Positions 8,378 through 11,348 of a stretch of 11,348 bases of DNA are shown piece after piece. Below the pieces are notes generated by a model. It was not told the DNA's origin. It worked only from the letters and a program-made list of their open reading frames with translations, and did no database searches. Where the stretch lies: the NCBI GenBank assembly GCA_964010765.1, contig CAXGMD010000088.1, positions 1-11,348 of the forward strand, read 5' to 3'. Made by a program: the position numbers and the translations under genes. This DNA is from an uncultured bacterium. GTDB lineage: Bacteria; SAR324; NAC60-12. Each line of letters starts with the position of its first letter. Within the stretch, counting starts at the first letter, position 1.

Positions 8378-11348
8378 ATGTCAAATTCAGTCCTGGTCTT
8401 TGAAGAAAATAAGGCAATACAAGGACTGATTGCCTCGACGATCAGTGATCAGGTCGAGCTTTGGCAGGAGAGTCGCCCTGATGCCTTCCTGCAGTTGGCA
8501 GATCGCTATTCTCCCAGCCTGATCTTCATCAGCAACGCTGACCAGCAGCAAGACTACGCCCTTTGTCGGCAACTGCAGCAGCACTCGTCTCTGAGTCAGG
8601 TGCCCAAGGTGTTGCTGGTTAACGCCAGAGATGATGTCAACGAGTCCCTGCTGGAGCAATTTGGGCTTCAAGGGATGATTCGCAAGCCTTTTGAGGCAGC
8701 GACGTTGCAGGAACACATCCAGCGCTACCTCCCCAGTGTGGAACTGCAGAGCGAACCGATGGATTCTGCAGAAGAAGTCAATGTCTTTGATGATGAGATG
8801 CTTGGTCTGATTCAGGACAATGGCGAGTCGGTGGATGAGACGCTGTTCGATGAAGACACTGGTTGGAGTGGTTCTGCAACAGGTGAACTGCCAGAAGCAG
8901 ATGAGTTGGATGAAGAGTCCCCAGTGAGCTTGCCCAATGTGTCTGATCAAGCGGCTGCTCCCAAGCAAATTCACCCTCCTGTGGTGGAAGAGGATTCTGT
9001 TCCGGATGTAGATTTTGCAGAGGACATTGCAGAGGAAGAAGATTTGAATGCAGACGAAATAGAGATCGTTCCGTCTGTAGCAGTGGCAGAAGATCTTGGT
9101 GCGGAAGAAACAGAAATAGTGTTATCTGAAGAGACTGATTCATCCGATGAAGATGAAGAGGTTCAGTCATTGGATGAATTACTCGGTGCAGAGGCTGCGA
9201 TGGAAGAGCAGCCCGGTCTGGTTCAACACGATGATATGGTCCTGAGTGCAAATGAAGGGCTGAGTTTGGTCGACCTTGAAGGTGAGATCATGGATTCTGA
9301 GCAAAATGAGATTGAGGAAACTCTGACAGACGAAGCTTCCACGGCAGAAGCTGAAACAGATACTGCTGCTGGAGAGAATTTGGAGTCAGACGAATCGGAG
9401 GGACCCTTCGCTGATCTGGATTTAGATCTTGATGAAGACGAAGAACTTCTCGACGCTTCAGCACTGGACTCAGCAGAGGAGTCTACCGAAGAATTGGGAG
9501 ATCCGGAAGAAGAGCCTGTCTTTACAGACTCGGATAGTGCTTTTGATATTCCTCCTGCGGCAGAATGGTCTGAAGAGGAAGAACTGGCTACCGATGCTTC
9601 AGAAGAGCTTGAGTCCACAACAAACGATAGCGGATTTGAGATCCCACCGTTGGAACTGGACGAAGAACAGGATCTAACAATGTTGGCAGAGGAATGGGAA
9701 GAACCACTGTCTTCCGTGGAGGGAGATGATGATATGGAGATCCCACCACTAGAAATGAGTGAAGAAGAGGAAGACCTGCTGGTGGATGACTGGCAAGAAC
9801 CTGCGGAGGTCTCTTCTGAAGAACTTGCTGAAACAGAAGATGTGGCACTCGCTCCGGACGAACTGGCGGAGGACGAAGACGATTTTGCACTCTTCGAAGA
9901 AATCGATGAAGACGATTGGAAGGAAGCCGCTGTAGCCGCCAAAGCAGCAGTAGAGGCTGCTCCAACGGTTGTGACTGTGGTGTCGACACCTCCAGTCAAA
10001 GATGCTTATCGTGGACCGATTATCACCTCATCGCAGGGGTTGGTAATGGAAAACGTTGATATTCAACAAAACGATTTCGATGTTGATTTGGATATCTGGA
10101 GTCGCACTCCTGATGTGGATCAGGTTCTGCGCGACGATGTCACTCCCATTTCACTGAGTGAGAATGATTTTGATCCGGTACTGCCTGCTTTGTCAACGGT
10201 AGAGGTCATCCAAGGACCCTTGCGTACTCGCTACACTCCGAATGTGCGCGAAATGGATTATTATCTGGCTGCTACCACTCTAGAAGATGAGGAACTAGCA
10301 GAAACACTGACCAACAATGATAGTGTGTTGCTCACAGAATCAGGAGCAGCAACGGGGGACGGAGGACTAGCCGCAGTAATAGAAGACTTTGAGGCAACAG
10401 CCGTACTGGCGATTGGTGCTGATGATGAAGAATTGGAAGAATTCCACCTCACTCTGGATGAAGATGATGAGCTGATGCTAGAGCCCGAAGAGGAAGAGTT
10501 TACTCTGGTTGAAGAAGAACTGCCGGACTCCTCAGCAATAGATCTATCAGTGGAAGAAGAGGAAGACGACTTGTCAGCAGATGAGGTCGAACATCCGGAT
10601 CTGTTTGCCGAAGCAGACTTGCCTTTGCTGGATGAGGCTGAAGAAACAGATGTGACAGAACCCGAGCCAGCACAGGAAGAAGTCATTAAAGAAGAAACTC
10701 CGGTTGTTGAGAAGAAGAAGTGGCGACGCCAGGTCTTTGAGCAAGATCTTGAAGAGTTACAGCCTCCTCCTGCTCCAGTTGTCGAAGAGATTGCACCTGA
10801 AGAAGAAATTGAGTTGCCGATTGTTGAGGACGAATTCCTAGCTGCTGCAGAAGTGGATTTTTCAGAAGAAGTTGAGGAGGAGGATGAACTGGCAGCAGAG
10901 TCGATGCTCAGCGAACTGGAAGATCTTGATCAGGAGATGGCAGATTTAGAACAGCAAGAGGTTGAATTGACAGAAATACCAGAAGATGAAGCACTGGTTA
11001 CCTTGGATGACGAAATGTCTGGTGACCCAATGGCTGAAGGCGAACCTGAAGTTTTGGAAGAAGAGACATTTGAGGACTGGGGCGATGCGGTAGAAGCCCT
11101 GGAAGAGGAATCAGAGGAAGTAGCGAGTGCTGAGCCCGAAGGTGAACCTGAAGTTTTGGAAGAAGAGACATTTGAGGACTGGGGCGATGCAGTAGAGGCT
11201 CTGGAAGAGGAGTCAGAGGAAGTAGCGAGTGCCGAGCCCGAAGGTGAACCTGAAGTTTTGGAAGAAGAGACATTTGAGGACTGGGGCGATGCGGTAGAGG
11301 CTCTGGAAGAGGAGTCAGAGGAAGTAGCGAGTGCCGAGCCCGAAGGTG
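8378..11348 (+). CDS. Very large acidic protein with N-terminal atypical (pseudo-)receiver domain and tandem repeats, 3' end beyond window
   Basis: Manual translation gives a stop-free frame of 990 codons from ATG 8378 to the window end. Residues 1-119 (MSNSVLVFEENKAIQGLIASTI...YSPSLIFISNAD...YALCRQLQQHSSLSQVPKVLLVN...GMIRKPFEAATLQEHIQRYLP) follow the CheY-like REC pattern. The remainder is strongly Glu/Asp-rich and low complexity. Confidence 0.92.
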   Translation, partial: MSNSVLVFEENKAIQGLIASTISDQVELWQESRPDAFLQLADRYSPSLIFISNADQQQDYALCRQLQQHSSLSQVPKVLLVNARDDVNESLLEQFGLQGMIRKPFEAATLQEHIQRYLPSVELQSEPMDSAEEVNVFDDEMLGLIQDNGESVDETLFDEDTGWSGSATGELPEADELDEESPVSLPNVSDQAAAPKQIHPPVVEEDSVPDVDFAEDIAEEEDLNADEIEIVPSVAVAEDLGAEETEIVLSEETDSSDEDEEVQSLDELLGAEAAMEEQPGLVQHDDMVLSANEGLSLVDLEGEIMDSEQNEIEETLTDEASTAEAETDTAAGENLESDESEGPFADLDLDLDEDEELLDASALDSAEESTEELGDPEEEPVFTDSDSAFDIPPAAEWSEEEELATDASEELESTTNDSGFEIPPLELDEEQDLTMLAEEWEEPLSSVEGDDDMEIPPLEMSEEEEDLLVDDWQEPAEVSSEELAETEDVALAPDELAEDEDDFALFEEIDEDDWKEAAVAAKAAVEAAPTVVTVVSTPPVKDAYRGPIITSSQGLVMENVDIQQNDFDVDLDIWSRTPDVDQVLRDDVTPISLSENDFDPVLPALSTVEVIQGPLRTRYTPNVREMDYYLAATTLEDEELAETLTNNDSVLLTESGAATGDGGLAAVIEDFEATAVLAIGADDEELEEFHLTLDEDDELMLEPEEEEFTLVEEELPDSSAIDLSVEEEEDDLSADEVEHPDLFAEADLPLLDEAEETDVTEPEPAQEEVIKEETPVVEKKKWRRQVFEQDLEELQPPPAPVVEEIAPEEEIELPIVEDEFLAAAEVDFSEEVEEEDELAAESMLSELEDLDQEMADLEQQEVELTEIPEDEALVTLDDEMSGDPMAEGEPEVLEEETFEDWGDAVEALEEESEEVASAEPEGEPEVLEEETFEDWGDAVEALEEESEEVASAEPEGEPEVLEEETFEDWGDAVEALEEESEEVASAEPEG
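9542..9802 (+). repeat. Degenerate protein-level repeat, three copies of [FM]-[DE]-I-P-P acidic motif
   Basis: FDIPPAAEWSEEEEL (9542), FEIPPLELDEEQDLTMLAEEWEEP (9635), MEIPPLEMSEEEEDLLVDDWQEP (9734); spacing 31 and 33 aa. Confidence 0.75.
11036..11348 (+). repeat. In-frame 102-bp tandem repeat, 3 full copies plus start of a 4th (34-aa unit EGEPEVLEEETFEDWGDAVEALEEESEEVASAEP)
   Basis: Copies at 11036-11137, 11138-11239, 11240-11341 and partial from 11342. Copy 1 vs 2 differ at 6 nt, copy 2 vs 3 at 1 nt; there are no spacers. Confidence 0.97.

Noticed and set aside
8387..11273. Ser-rich and Leu/Pro-rich minus-strand ORFs (8387-8974, 8778-9251, 9223-9999, 9588-9989, 10261-10686, 10998-11273)
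   Set aside because: Predictable antisense products of the GAA/GAG/GAT-rich plus-strand gene.
11036..11348. Tandem repeat as a CRISPR array
   Set aside because: Units are contiguous 102-bp copies with no unique spacers, stay in frame and vary only synonymously; no cas genes are present.

Overview
Bacterial chromosomal window (about 50% GC in genes by eye), mostly housekeeping. Left to right: a cytoplasmic PAS-HisKA-HATPase sensor histidine kinase (minus strand, start 1191, runs off the left edge, missing from the ORF track); a ~660 bp AT-rich divergent intergenic region; a CYTH-domain triphosphatase; then a minus-strand run transcribed as LptF/LptG permease, acyl-CoA carboxylase carboxyltransferase, gcvT, gcvH, rlmN and a 73-aa hypothetical protein coupled to rlmN. 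Divergent from that run is a >=990-codon ORF (8378 to the right edge, also missing from the ORF track). It has an N-terminal pseudo-receiver domain (phospho-Asp position is Ser), a very long extremely acidic low-complexity region with short recurring motifs, and a 102-bp/34-aa tandem array whose copies differ only at synonymous sites. This giant acidic protein is the most unusual element and may be a polarity/scaffold-type hub (inference). No RNA genes, CRISPR arrays or mobile elements were seen. I found no firm evidence of a complete novel multi-gene system.
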